From an uncultured Planctomycetia bacterium (lineage in GTDB: Bacteria > Omnitrophota > Gorgyraeia > Pluralincolimonadales > Pluralincolimonadaceae), in NCBI GenBank assembly GCA_964650515.1, contig CAZYUB010000001.1, positions 132,640-196,639 of the forward strand: DNA of 64,000 bases, written 5' to 3'. Positions 17,068-27,685 of this stretch are shown here, piece by piece; positions within the stretch are counted from its first letter, which is position 1; each line of letters begins with the position of its first letter. Below the pieces are notes generated by a model. It worked only from the letters and a program-made list of their open reading frames with translations, was not told where the DNA came from and searched no databases. A program made the translations under genes and the position numbers.

Positions 17068-18342
17068 TTGGCGAGATTCAGGGAAGTCCTAAAAGAACGT
17101 AATTTCTTCCTGCTCTGGCTTGGGCAGATAATCTCGCAGTTCGGCGACAGGCTCAACCAGATGGTCCTCATCGCGATCGTCTACGCGAGGACCCCCGGCT
17201 CGCCTTTTGAGCTCGCGAAATTCTTCTCGTTCACCATTATCCCGTCTTTCTTCGTGAGCCCGCTCGCGGGCGCGTTTATCGACAGGTGGGACAAGAAGAC
17301 CACGATGATCGTCTGCGATATCCTGCGCGGGCTTGTCGTCCTGGCGATCCCGCTTCTGTTCGTGGACGTGAGCTCCGCGCCGTCAGTCCCGATATATGCT
17401 GCGGTCTTTATAATATTCGCGGTAAGCTGTTTCTTCCTCCCGGCGCGGCTTTCGATAATCCCGGACCTCGTCTCGAAGGAGAAGCTGCTCGTCGCGAACT
17501 CGCTCTTCACGGTGACGGGGATGATCGGGGCGATCTTCTGGTTTGTCGTCGGCGGGGTGCTAGTCGAGATGGTAAAGGTCAGGAACGGCCTCCTGTTGAA
17601 CGCGCTGATATATTTCTTGTCGGCGGCGGCGATAGTATTCATAGCGGGCCACCACAGGCGGGCGAAAAAAGCCGCCGGCCCGGTCAGCGCGGCCAATATA
17701 GAAAAGATCATAAAGACCTCGATCGTCAGGGAGATAACCGACGGGCTCAAGTACCTGAAGCATAACCGCGAGGCAAGGTTCGCCTTCCGCGTGCTCTTCG
17801 TCATGATGGCGGGCGCCGGCGCGGCGTATTCGGTCATAATCATATTCATACAGGACTCGATGGGCTCGATAACGAAGGACCTCGGCCTGCTTGGCCTTTT
17901 CCTCGGGGCGGGGTTTTTCGCCGGCTCGCTGGCCTACGGCAAGGCGGGCCACCGCGTTTCCATGCACAAGACGATATTCGGGTGCTTCATCGCGGCCGGT
18001 TTCGCGATGCTCTCGTTCACGATGCTGCTGAAATGGACCCAGTCGTTCATGGCCGCGTCTGTGGCGGCGATGGTCCTCGGCATATTCCTCGCGCCGATAG
18101 GGATCTCGACGAACACGATGATACACGAGATGGTCGTTGAGAACATGCGAGGCAGGATATTCAGTTCGCTAGGTATCGCGATGAACATCGCGTTCCTGAT
18201 ATTCATGCTCTGCTCGTCGAAACTTGCGGAGACGCTGGACAGGAGCTATATATTATACGCGGTCAGCGGTTTTTACGTCGTAGCGGGGATACTCGGGTTT
18301 GCGGACCTTTACTTTTTCAAGGAGAAACATATAAATGCCTGA
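17068..18342 (+). CDS. MFS transporter
   Basis: About 12 predicted TM helices. FIDRWDKK motif in loop 2-3. TTG start. Confidence 0.8.
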   Translation: MARFREVLKERNFFLLWLGQIISQFGDRLNQMVLIAIVYARTPGSPFELAKFFSFTIIPSFFVSPLAGAFIDRWDKKTTMIVCDILRGLVVLAIPLLFVDVSSAPSVPIYAAVFIIFAVSCFFLPARLSIIPDLVSKEKLLVANSLFTVTGMIGAIFWFVVGGVLVEMVKVRNGLLLNALIYFLSAAAIVFIAGHHRRAKKAAGPVSAANIEKIIKTSIVREITDGLKYLKHNREARFAFRVLFVMMAGAGAAYSVIIIFIQDSMGSITKDLGLLGLFLGAGFFAGSLAYGKAGHRVSMHKTIFGCFIAAGFAMLSFTMLLKWTQSFMAASVAAMVLGIFLAPIGISTNTMIHEMVVENMRGRIFSSLGIAMNIAFLIFMLCSSKLAETLDRSYILYAVSGFYVVAGILGFADLYFFKEKHINA

Positions 18343-19264
18343 TCTCGACGTTATCATAATCGGCGGCGGGCCGGCGGGGCTCACGGCCGGCATTTACGCC
18401 TCGCGCGCGAGGCTGAAGGCGCTGCTGCTTGAGAAGATGATGCCGGGAGGGCAGATATTGACGACGCCCCTGCTCGAGAATTACCCCGGTTTTTCAGAAG
18501 GGGTTGTGGGGCTCGGCGTAATAGAAGAGATGGTCAAGCAGGCCCAGCGTTTCGGGCTCGAGATAAAGACGGCGGAGGTAACAAAGATAGAGGATAAGGG
18601 CTTCGTGAAGGCCGTGGCTTCCGACGCGGGGATTTTCAACGCGTCGGCGGTGATCTTTGCGATGGGCGCGAGCTATTCCAAGCTCGGCGTCCCCGGCGAG
18701 GAGAAACTGGCCGGCCGCGGAGTATCATATTGCGCGACATGCGACGGCCCGCTCTTCAGGAACAAGGAAGTGGCTGTTGTCGGAGGCGGCGATACCGCGA
18801 TAGAGGAAGCCCTGCACCTCGCGCATTTCTGCTCCAGGATAACCGTGATACACCGCAGGGACGAATTGCGCGCGACAAAGATACTTCAGGAGCGGGCGTT
18901 CGCGGAGAAGAAGATAAATATCGCCTGGGACAGCGTCGTCGCCGAGATATTGGGGACGGAGAAAGTCGAAGGCGTCATGACGAAGAACGTCAAGACGTCC
19001 GAGCAGAAGATAGTGCCCGCCGCGGGCGTCTTCTTTGCCGTCGGGTTCACGCCGCATACAGGTATCGCAAAAGGGCTTGTCGCGACGGACGATAAGGGGT
19101 ATATTATAACGGATGACGACATGGCCGCCTCGCGCGCGGGATTCTTCGCCGCAGGGGATTGCCGCAAGAAACTGCTGCGCCAGTTCGTGACGGCCTGCGG
19201 GGACGGCGCTACGGCCGCATTCGCCGCGCAAAGATATATCGAACAAAAAGGAGGGGTAAGATGA
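18335..19264 (+). CDS. trxB: thioredoxin-disulfide reductase
   Basis: GGGPAG FAD motif. CATC redox site. GGGDTA NADPH motif. Confidence 0.9.
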   Translation: MPDLDVIIIGGGPAGLTAGIYASRARLKALLLEKMMPGGQILTTPLLENYPGFSEGVVGLGVIEEMVKQAQRFGLEIKTAEVTKIEDKGFVKAVASDAGIFNASAVIFAMGASYSKLGVPGEEKLAGRGVSYCATCDGPLFRNKEVAVVGGGDTAIEEALHLAHFCSRITVIHRRDELRATKILQERAFAEKKINIAWDSVVAEILGTEKVEGVMTKNVKTSEQKIVPAAGVFFAVGFTPHTGIAKGLVATDDKGYIITDDDMAASRAGFFAAGDCRKKLLRQFVTACGDGATAAFAAQRYIEQKGGVR

Positions 19265-19671
19265 AGAGAGTTTTATTGGCAGCCGCGATAGTCGCGTTGA
19301 GCGCCGGGCTGTGTTTTGCCGCGAGCCCCGAAAAGAAAGCCAAGTCCGCGGCCAATAACTGGCTGGAGATGATAGACAATAAGGATTACGCGCAGAGCTA
19401 TGACGCCTCGGCCTCGTTCTTCAAGGCGAATATCAACAAGGGCGACTGGATCCAGACCTGCGGGTCGCTCAGGGACATGCTCGGCAAGGCCGAATACAGG
19501 AAACTCGTATCCTCAAAGCGTGAAAGCAGGATGCAGGGCGCCCCGGACGGCGAGTACGTGATACTTATCTATGAGACGGATTTCAAGAAGAAGAATAACG
19601 CGCAGGAGATAGTCGTGCCGATGCTCGACAAGGACGGCAAATGGCGCGTATCGGGATACCACGTCGATTAA
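19261..19671 (+). CDS. secreted DUF4019-like protein
   Basis: Signal peptide. ATGA coupling to trxB. Confidence 0.5.
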   Translation: MKRVLLAAAIVALSAGLCFAASPEKKAKSAANNWLEMIDNKDYAQSYDASASFFKANINKGDWIQTCGSLRDMLGKAEYRKLVSSKRESRMQGAPDGEYVILIYETDFKKKNNAQEIVVPMLDKDGKWRVSGYHVD

Positions 19672-19692
19672 GGGCTAACAACGGAGTTGACC

Positions 19693-20022
19693 ATGTCTGA
19701 CAACGTTTTACATTTAAAGGACGCGGATTTTGACAAGCAGGTGATCGAGGCGAAAGGCGTTGTGCTCGTGGATTTCTGGGCCGAATGGTGCATGCCGTGC
19801 AAGATGCTGGCTCCCGCCATTGAGGCGGTCGCTAAGGACTACGCTGGCAAGGCGATATTCGCGAAGGTCGAGGTCGACGAGGCCGGAGAGACCGCCTCGC
19901 GCTTCAATGTAATGAACATCCCGACGCTGATATTCTTCAAGGACGGCAAAGAAATGAGCCGCGCCGTGGGAGTGGTCTCGAAGGAGGAGATATCAAGAAG
20001 GCTCGACGCGCTTCTGAAATGA
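19693..20022 (+). CDS. trxA: thioredoxin (active site WCMPC)
   Basis: Thioredoxin fold. FWAEWCMPCK. GGAG is 6 nt before ATG 19693. Confidence 0.85.
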   Translation: MSDNVLHLKDADFDKQVIEAKGVVLVDFWAEWCMPCKMLAPAIEAVAKDYAGKAIFAKVEVDEAGETASRFNVMNIPTLIFFKDGKEMSRAVGVVSKEEISRRLDALLK

Positions 20023-20618
20023 ATTTCGCGGTATTCTGCTCGGGGCAGGGGACGAACCTGCAGGCGATAATCGATGCGGTTAAGCAAAAACGCTTAACCG
20101 CGCGGCTCGCGCTCGTCGTCTGCGACAACCCCAAGGCCTATGCAGTCGTGCGGGCCCGTAAGGCGGGTGTGCCGGCGGCGGTCTTCGACCCGAAGGATTT
20201 CCCGTCGAAGAAAGAGCTCGAATCCGCTATGATCCGCGAACTTTCCGCGAGGAAGATAGGGCTTATCGCGCTGGCCGGTTATATGAGGATATTGAGCGAT
20301 GGTTTCGTCAGGAAATACAGGAACAGGATAATCAACGTCCACCCGGCGCTCCTGCCCGCATTTAAAGGTGGACAAGCGATAAAAGATGCGATACAATACG
20401 GAGTCAAAGTAACGGGCCCGACGGTTCACTTCGTGACCGAGGAGGTCGACGGCGGTCCCATCATCCTACAGGAAGCGTGCCCCGTAAAAGACAACGATAC
20501 GGAAAAGACACTCCTGGCGCGCGTCCATAAACTGGAACATAAGCTGTATCCCGAAGCGATAGGGCTTTTCGCGAGGGGGAAGCTTACGGTAAGGGGCAGG
20601 AAGGTAATCGTAAAGTAG
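20019..20618 (+). CDS. purN: phosphoribosylglycinamide formyltransferase
   Basis: N-terminal SG.GTNLQAI and central INVHPALLP/HFVTEE.D.GPII motifs. Confidence 0.9.
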   Translation: MNFAVFCSGQGTNLQAIIDAVKQKRLTARLALVVCDNPKAYAVVRARKAGVPAAVFDPKDFPSKKELESAMIRELSARKIGLIALAGYMRILSDGFVRKYRNRIINVHPALLPAFKGGQAIKDAIQYGVKVTGPTVHFVTEEVDGGPIILQEACPVKDNDTEKTLLARVHKLEHKLYPEAIGLFARGKLTVRGRKVIVK

Positions 20619-23611
<2,993 letters not shown>

Positions 23612-23622
<11 letters not shown>

Positions 23623-24115
23623 CGCAGTCAAGACGGATGCTGTAAAGATCGACGATGTAGTGGAAGCCGAAGTCATCAAGATAACGGATTTCGGCGCGTT
23701 CGTGAAGTTCGGAAGCGGAAAGAAAGGCCTCATACATATCTCGCAGGTCTCCGACGCTTACGTCAAGAAGGTCGACGACCACCTGAAGATAGGCGATAAG
23801 GTCAAGGCGAAGATAATGAAGGTCTCTCCGGACGGCAAGATAGACCTTACGCTCAAGAGCGGCGCGCCAACCCCGAGGAAAGACGATTCGAACGGGCGCC
23901 AGCAGGGCGGGCAGAGGCCTTACAGGGGAGACCAGGGCGGCAGCCGCAGGCCCGGTAACCGCGATAACAGCTTCCGCGAGAACATGTCGTCCGCTCCGGA
24001 CGGCAAGTCCTTCAAGAACTCGACGTTTGAGGATAAGTTCAAGCATTTCCTCGCAGAGAGCGACGAGCGCCAGACCGACCTCAAAAAGCACATCGAAGAG
24101 AAACAGCCCAGGTAA
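23612..24115 (+). CDS. S1 RNA-binding domain protein with basic/low-complexity tail
   Basis: S1 domain (GAFVKFGSGKKGLIHISQVS...GDKVKAKIMKV). Confidence 0.8.
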
Positions 24116-24133
24116 ACCGGCTATATTAGGCCT

Positions 24134-24161
24134 TGCTATTACGCGCACGGTCTGTTATAAT
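24134..24161 (+). promoter_or_regulatory. sigma70-type promoter (TTGCTA-16-TATAAT) driving the intron-containing tRNA-Met
   Basis: -10 consensus hexamer about 24 nt upstream of the tRNA 5' end. Confidence 0.55.
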
Positions 24162-24184
24162 CTAGTTCCCTAAGAAATCTACCG

Positions 24185-24477
24185 CGGGGTGGAGCAGCCT
24201 GGTAGCTCGCAAGGCTCAATGTCCTGTCAAAGAACGGGACGATGGGCTCCTCGGCCGGAAACGGCCGAAGGATAGTCTGTCAAATTCGGTGAAGCCCGAA
24301 AAGGTAATACCGAGCCAAGCCTGTCGAAAGACGGGAAGGTGTAGAGACTAAACGGCAGATCCCGGTTTTCCGGGAAAGATATAGTCCAGACTACGAACTC
24401 CCGAAAGGGAGGCGGCGAAAGCCGAAGTAGCATGCATAACCTTGAGGCCAGAGGTTCAAATCCTCTCCCCGCTACCA
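24185..24477 (+). tRNA. initiator-like tRNA-Met (anticodon CAT) gene interrupted by a group I intron; exon 1 is 24185-24216, exon 2 is 24435-24477
   Basis: Exons give acceptor CGCGGGG/CCCCGCT+A+CCA with a C1/T72 mismatch. D-arm GGAGCAGCCTGGTAGCTC is identical to E. coli tRNA-fMet. Anticodon stem CAAGG/CCTTG with loop CT|CATAA. T-loop TTCAAAT. Confidence 0.8.
24217..24434 (+). mobile_element. group I (self-splicing) intron in tRNA anticodon loop
   Basis: Contains the exact group I S element AAGATATAGTCC and the R-like AGAGACTAAAC. Terminal G precedes the 3' exon. Inserted after U33 of the anticodon loop. Confidence 0.75.
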
Positions 24478-24480
24478 ATA

Positions 24481-24513
24481 GCCCCTGCAACTTAACCGTT
24501 GCGGGGGCCTTTT
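24481..24513 (+). terminator. Rho-independent terminator after tRNA-Met
   Basis: GCCCCTGCAAC-TTAACC-GTTGCGGGGGC followed by CTTTTTG. Confidence 0.75.
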
Positions 24514-24545
24514 TGTTGATATAAAATATATAAAAAGGAGCGATA

Positions 24546-25328
24546 ATGCGCATTATCTCTGCGGCGGTAATAACGGTGATCCTGTGCACGGGTACGGCAT
24601 TCGCGGACTCGAGGGAGGACGCGTTGATAGCCGCAGCGGCGTCCGGTGACGCTAAGAAAGTGGCGTGGTACGTCGGCGAGACGGTCAACATCAACTGCCG
24701 CGGGCAGGGCGGGACTACGCCTCTCATCGAAGCGGCTAAGAACGGGCAGGAAGCCGTCGTGAAATACCTGCTTATGCATTACGCCTCCGTCAACCTCGAC
24801 GACAACAATAACGCCTCGCCGCTGATGTATGCCGCGAAGGGCGGGTATACGGCCATAACGTCCGAACTGCTTTCGGCGGGGGCCAATCCCGCCAAGCAGG
24901 ATGTAGACGGCAACACGGCATTGATATATGCCGCGGAGAACGGGCATAGCGATACCGCGAAAGCGTTGCTCGATAAAGGCGCCGACCCTAACCAGAGGAA
25001 CACCGCCACCGATACCGCGCTTACCGTCGCGATCGAAGGCAAATACAAAGATATGGCGCAGCTGCTTTTGTCGAAAGGCGCCGACCCGAACACGAAGCTT
25101 ACCGAAGGCACTTTTTACGGCAGGCACGGCGACCGCAGCGGAAACGACGGCATCACGGCCCTGATGAGGGCAGCCCAATCCGGCAGTATCGATATAGTGC
25201 AGATGCTCCTGGATAAGGGCGCCAAGGTCAATGAAGTTACCACCACGAACGAAACCGCCCTTTCGTATGCCGTCGCAGGCGGGAATAAAGAGATCGCGGA
25301 CCTGCTCAGGAGCAAGGGCGCCAAGTAG
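24546..25328 (+). CDS. secreted ankyrin-repeat protein
   Basis: Signal peptide, then about 7 ANK repeats (G.TPL..AA..G....V..LL..GA..N). Confidence 0.8.
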   Translation: MRIISAAVITVILCTGTAFADSREDALIAAAASGDAKKVAWYVGETVNINCRGQGGTTPLIEAAKNGQEAVVKYLLMHYASVNLDDNNNASPLMYAAKGGYTAITSELLSAGANPAKQDVDGNTALIYAAENGHSDTAKALLDKGADPNQRNTATDTALTVAIEGKYKDMAQLLLSKGADPNTKLTEGTFYGRHGDRSGNDGITALMRAAQSGSIDIVQMLLDKGAKVNEVTTTNETALSYAVAGGNKEIADLLRSKGAK

Positions 25329-25349
25329 CAAATACGCAATATTTTGTAT

Positions 25350-25385
25350 CAGATTTATTTTGACACCACAACCCGATTGTGGTAT
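25350..25385 (+). promoter_or_regulatory. putative pur operon promoter TTGACA-17-TATAAA with inverted repeat CCACAA..TTGTGG in the spacer
   Basis: Read directly from sequence. About 105 nt leader before purB. Confidence 0.45.
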
Positions 25386-25490
25386 AAATAATCGTAGTAT
25401 AAGCCTACATCAAACAAGTATTCCTCGTTAAAAGAAGAAAAATATGTCCCTCGGACTGTCCTTAATTGACGTTGCGTCATTGGAGGCAAG

Positions 25491-26783
25491 ATGATCGAGA
25501 GGTATACCCTGCCCAGGATGGGTAAGATCTGGGAAGACCAGAACCGTTTCCAGCGCATGCTCGACGTGGAGATAACCGCCTGCGAGGCATTCGCGAGGAA
25601 GAAACTCATACCAAAATCCGCCCTTTCCGAGATAAAAAAGAGGGCCCGCTTCGACGTAAACCGCATCAAAGAGATCGAAAAAGAGACCAAGCACGACGTG
25701 ATCGCTTTCATAAAAAGCATATCCGAGAACGTCGGGCCCGACGCGAAGTATATACACATGGGCCTGACCTCGAGCGACGTGCTCGATACCGGCCTTTCGC
25801 TGCAGATGCGCGACGCGGCCGACATCATCATAGACGACCTGAAGAGGTTACTCATAGCGCTCGAGAGGAAAGCCAAAAAATACAAGAATACCCCGTGCGT
25901 CGGAAGGACACATGGAGTGCACGCCGAACCGATGACCTTCGGGCTCAAGTTCGCGCTTATATATGCCGAGACACAGCGCAACATCGCGCGCATGAAGGCC
26001 GCGCGCGAGGCGATAAGCGTCGGTAAGCTCTCCGGCGCGGTCGGCACGTTCGCGAACGTCGACCCGTGGGTCGAGGAGTACGTTTGCAAGCGCCTGAAGC
26101 TCGAGCCCGCGCCGATAGCCACACAGGTCATCCAGCGCGACAGGCACGCGCAGTTCCTTTCCACGATTGCGATAATAGGCGGCACGCTCGAGAAGTTCGC
26201 CACCGAGGTCAGGGCGCTTCAGAGGACCGAGGTCCTCGAGGCGGAGGAGCCGTTCACCGAGGGGCAGAAGGGCTCGTCGGCGATGCCGCACAAGCGCAAC
26301 CCCGTCATCTGCGAACGCATCGCGGGGCTCGCTAGGGTCCTTCGCGGGAACGCGCTCGCGTCGATGGAGAACATCTCGTTGTGGCACGAGAGGGACATCT
26401 CGCACTCGTCGGTGGAGCGCGTGATCCTGCCGGATTCGTGCATACTTATCGACTACATGCTTAACCTCGCGACAGATGTCGCGATGCACATGGCCGTATA
26501 CCCCGAGAGGATGATAGAGAACCTCGACAGGATGAAGGGCCTCGTCTTCTCCCAGAGGGTGCTTCTCGCGCTTATAGGCAAGGGCGTAACGAGGAACGAG
26601 GCGTACGACCTGGTCCAGCGCTGCGCGATGCGCGTCTGGAAGGAGAACGTGGGTTTCAGCGCCGCATTGGCGGACGATATCGAGGTGACGAAGTATCTCG
26701 CGCAGGAAGAGATAGAGGCATGCTTCGACCTTGGATATTACACAAAGAACGTGGACAGGATATACAAACGGTTAGGGCTATGA
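25491..26783 (+). CDS. purB: adenylosuccinate lyase
   Basis: Fumarate lyase signature GSSAMPHKRNP. Confidence 0.95.
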   Translation: MIERYTLPRMGKIWEDQNRFQRMLDVEITACEAFARKKLIPKSALSEIKKRARFDVNRIKEIEKETKHDVIAFIKSISENVGPDAKYIHMGLTSSDVLDTGLSLQMRDAADIIIDDLKRLLIALERKAKKYKNTPCVGRTHGVHAEPMTFGLKFALIYAETQRNIARMKAAREAISVGKLSGAVGTFANVDPWVEEYVCKRLKLEPAPIATQVIQRDRHAQFLSTIAIIGGTLEKFATEVRALQRTEVLEAEEPFTEGQKGSSAMPHKRNPVICERIAGLARVLRGNALASMENISLWHERDISHSSVERVILPDSCILIDYMLNLATDVAMHMAVYPERMIENLDRMKGLVFSQRVLLALIGKGVTRNEAYDLVQRCAMRVWKENVGFSAALADDIEVTKYLAQEEIEACFDLGYYTKNVDRIYKRLGL

Positions 26784-27685
26784 CAGAGAAGACAAAAGAA
26801 CAGGTGATACTCGCCACCGAGGGAGTGCCGCTGAAATTCTTCAAGCGCGGCAAGGTAAGGGACATTTACGAGTTTGACAATAACCTGCTGATCGTCGCGA
26901 CGGACAGGATATCCTGCTTCGACGTAGTGCTGCAGGAGGGCATCCCGTTCAAGGGCAAGGTCCTGACGCAGATATCGGGTTTCTGGTTCTCTTTCCTGAA
27001 AGACCTTACGGAAAACCATATCATTACCTTCGACATGGATTCCCTGCGCGACAGGTTGGGGTCTTCTACGGACATGCTGCGCGACCGCTCGATGCTCGTA
27101 AGGAAGACGCGTCCGCTGCCGATAGAGTGCGTCGTCAGGGGATACCTCTCCGGGTCGGGATGGAAAGAATACAAGGAGAACGGCGAGATCTGCGGCATAA
27201 AACTGCCGAAGGGCCTGAAAGAATCCGACCAGCTGCCCGAGCCGCTGTTCACGCCGTCGACGAAAGAGGACATAGGCCACGACATCAACATGACCGAGAT
27301 CGGAGCGAGAAAAAAACTCGGCGACCGGCTTTTCGAGCTCGTGAAATGCAAGGCCATATCGATATATAAAAAGGCCGCCGAATACGCGGATTCGAAAGGC
27401 ATAATAATTGCCGACACGAAGTTCGAGTTCGGAGTGACGGAAGAGGGGAAGACGATACTGATAGACGAGGTGCTCACGCCTGATTCGTCGCGGTTCTGGC
27501 CGAAAGAGAAGTACAAGCCGGGCGGGCCGCAGATGAGTTTCGACAAGCAGTTCGTGCGGGATTACCTCGAAGGCCTCGACTGGGGTAAGACGCCTCCGGC
27601 GCCGAACCTGCCGGAGGATATCATAAAGAAGACGAGCAAGAAATACCTGGAGGCGTTAAAGAAACTGACAGGCAAGGAGATCTAA
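26780..27685 (+). CDS. purC: phosphoribosylaminoimidazole-succinocarboxamide synthase (SAICAR synthetase)
   Basis: SAICAR synthetase family. ATGA coupling to purB. Confidence 0.9.
   Translation: MTEKTKEQVILATEGVPLKFFKRGKVRDIYEFDNNLLIVATDRISCFDVVLQEGIPFKGKVLTQISGFWFSFLKDLTENHIITFDMDSLRDRLGSSTDMLRDRSMLVRKTRPLPIECVVRGYLSGSGWKEYKENGEICGIKLPKGLKESDQLPEPLFTPSTKEDIGHDINMTEIGARKKLGDRLFELVKCKAISIYKKAAEYADSKGIIIADTKFEFGVTEEGKTILIDEVLTPDSSRFWPKEKYKPGGPQMSFDKQFVRDYLEGLDWGKTPPAPNLPEDIIKKTSKKYLEALKKLTGKEI

Noticed and set aside
16917-17102. 61-aa ORF spanning tRNA-Thr
   Set aside because: It is entirely explained by the tRNA-Thr gene and the start of the MFS transporter.
24185-24477. Possibility that the ~290 nt structured RNA is tmRNA (SsrA) rather than an intron-containing tRNA
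   Set aside because: It has a full canonical D-arm and both halves of an anticodon stem that reconstitute a CAT anticodon loop. It has no tag-peptide ORF or resume codon context. Exact group I S and R core elements are present. tmRNA lacks an anticodon arm.
24227-25331. Minus-strand ORFs 24227-24727 and 24492-25331 over the tRNA intron and ankyrin gene
   Set aside because: They overlap the structured RNA/intron and the plus-strand ankyrin gene, which has a signal peptide and clear repeats. No RBS or family signal.
25386-25490. Purine (guanine/adenine) or ZTP riboswitch in the pur operon leader
   Set aside because: The leader lacks the conserved purine-riboswitch J1/2, L2 and L3 motifs and the ZTP pfl-motif cores by eye. 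Only a promoter-spacer inverted repeat was found.
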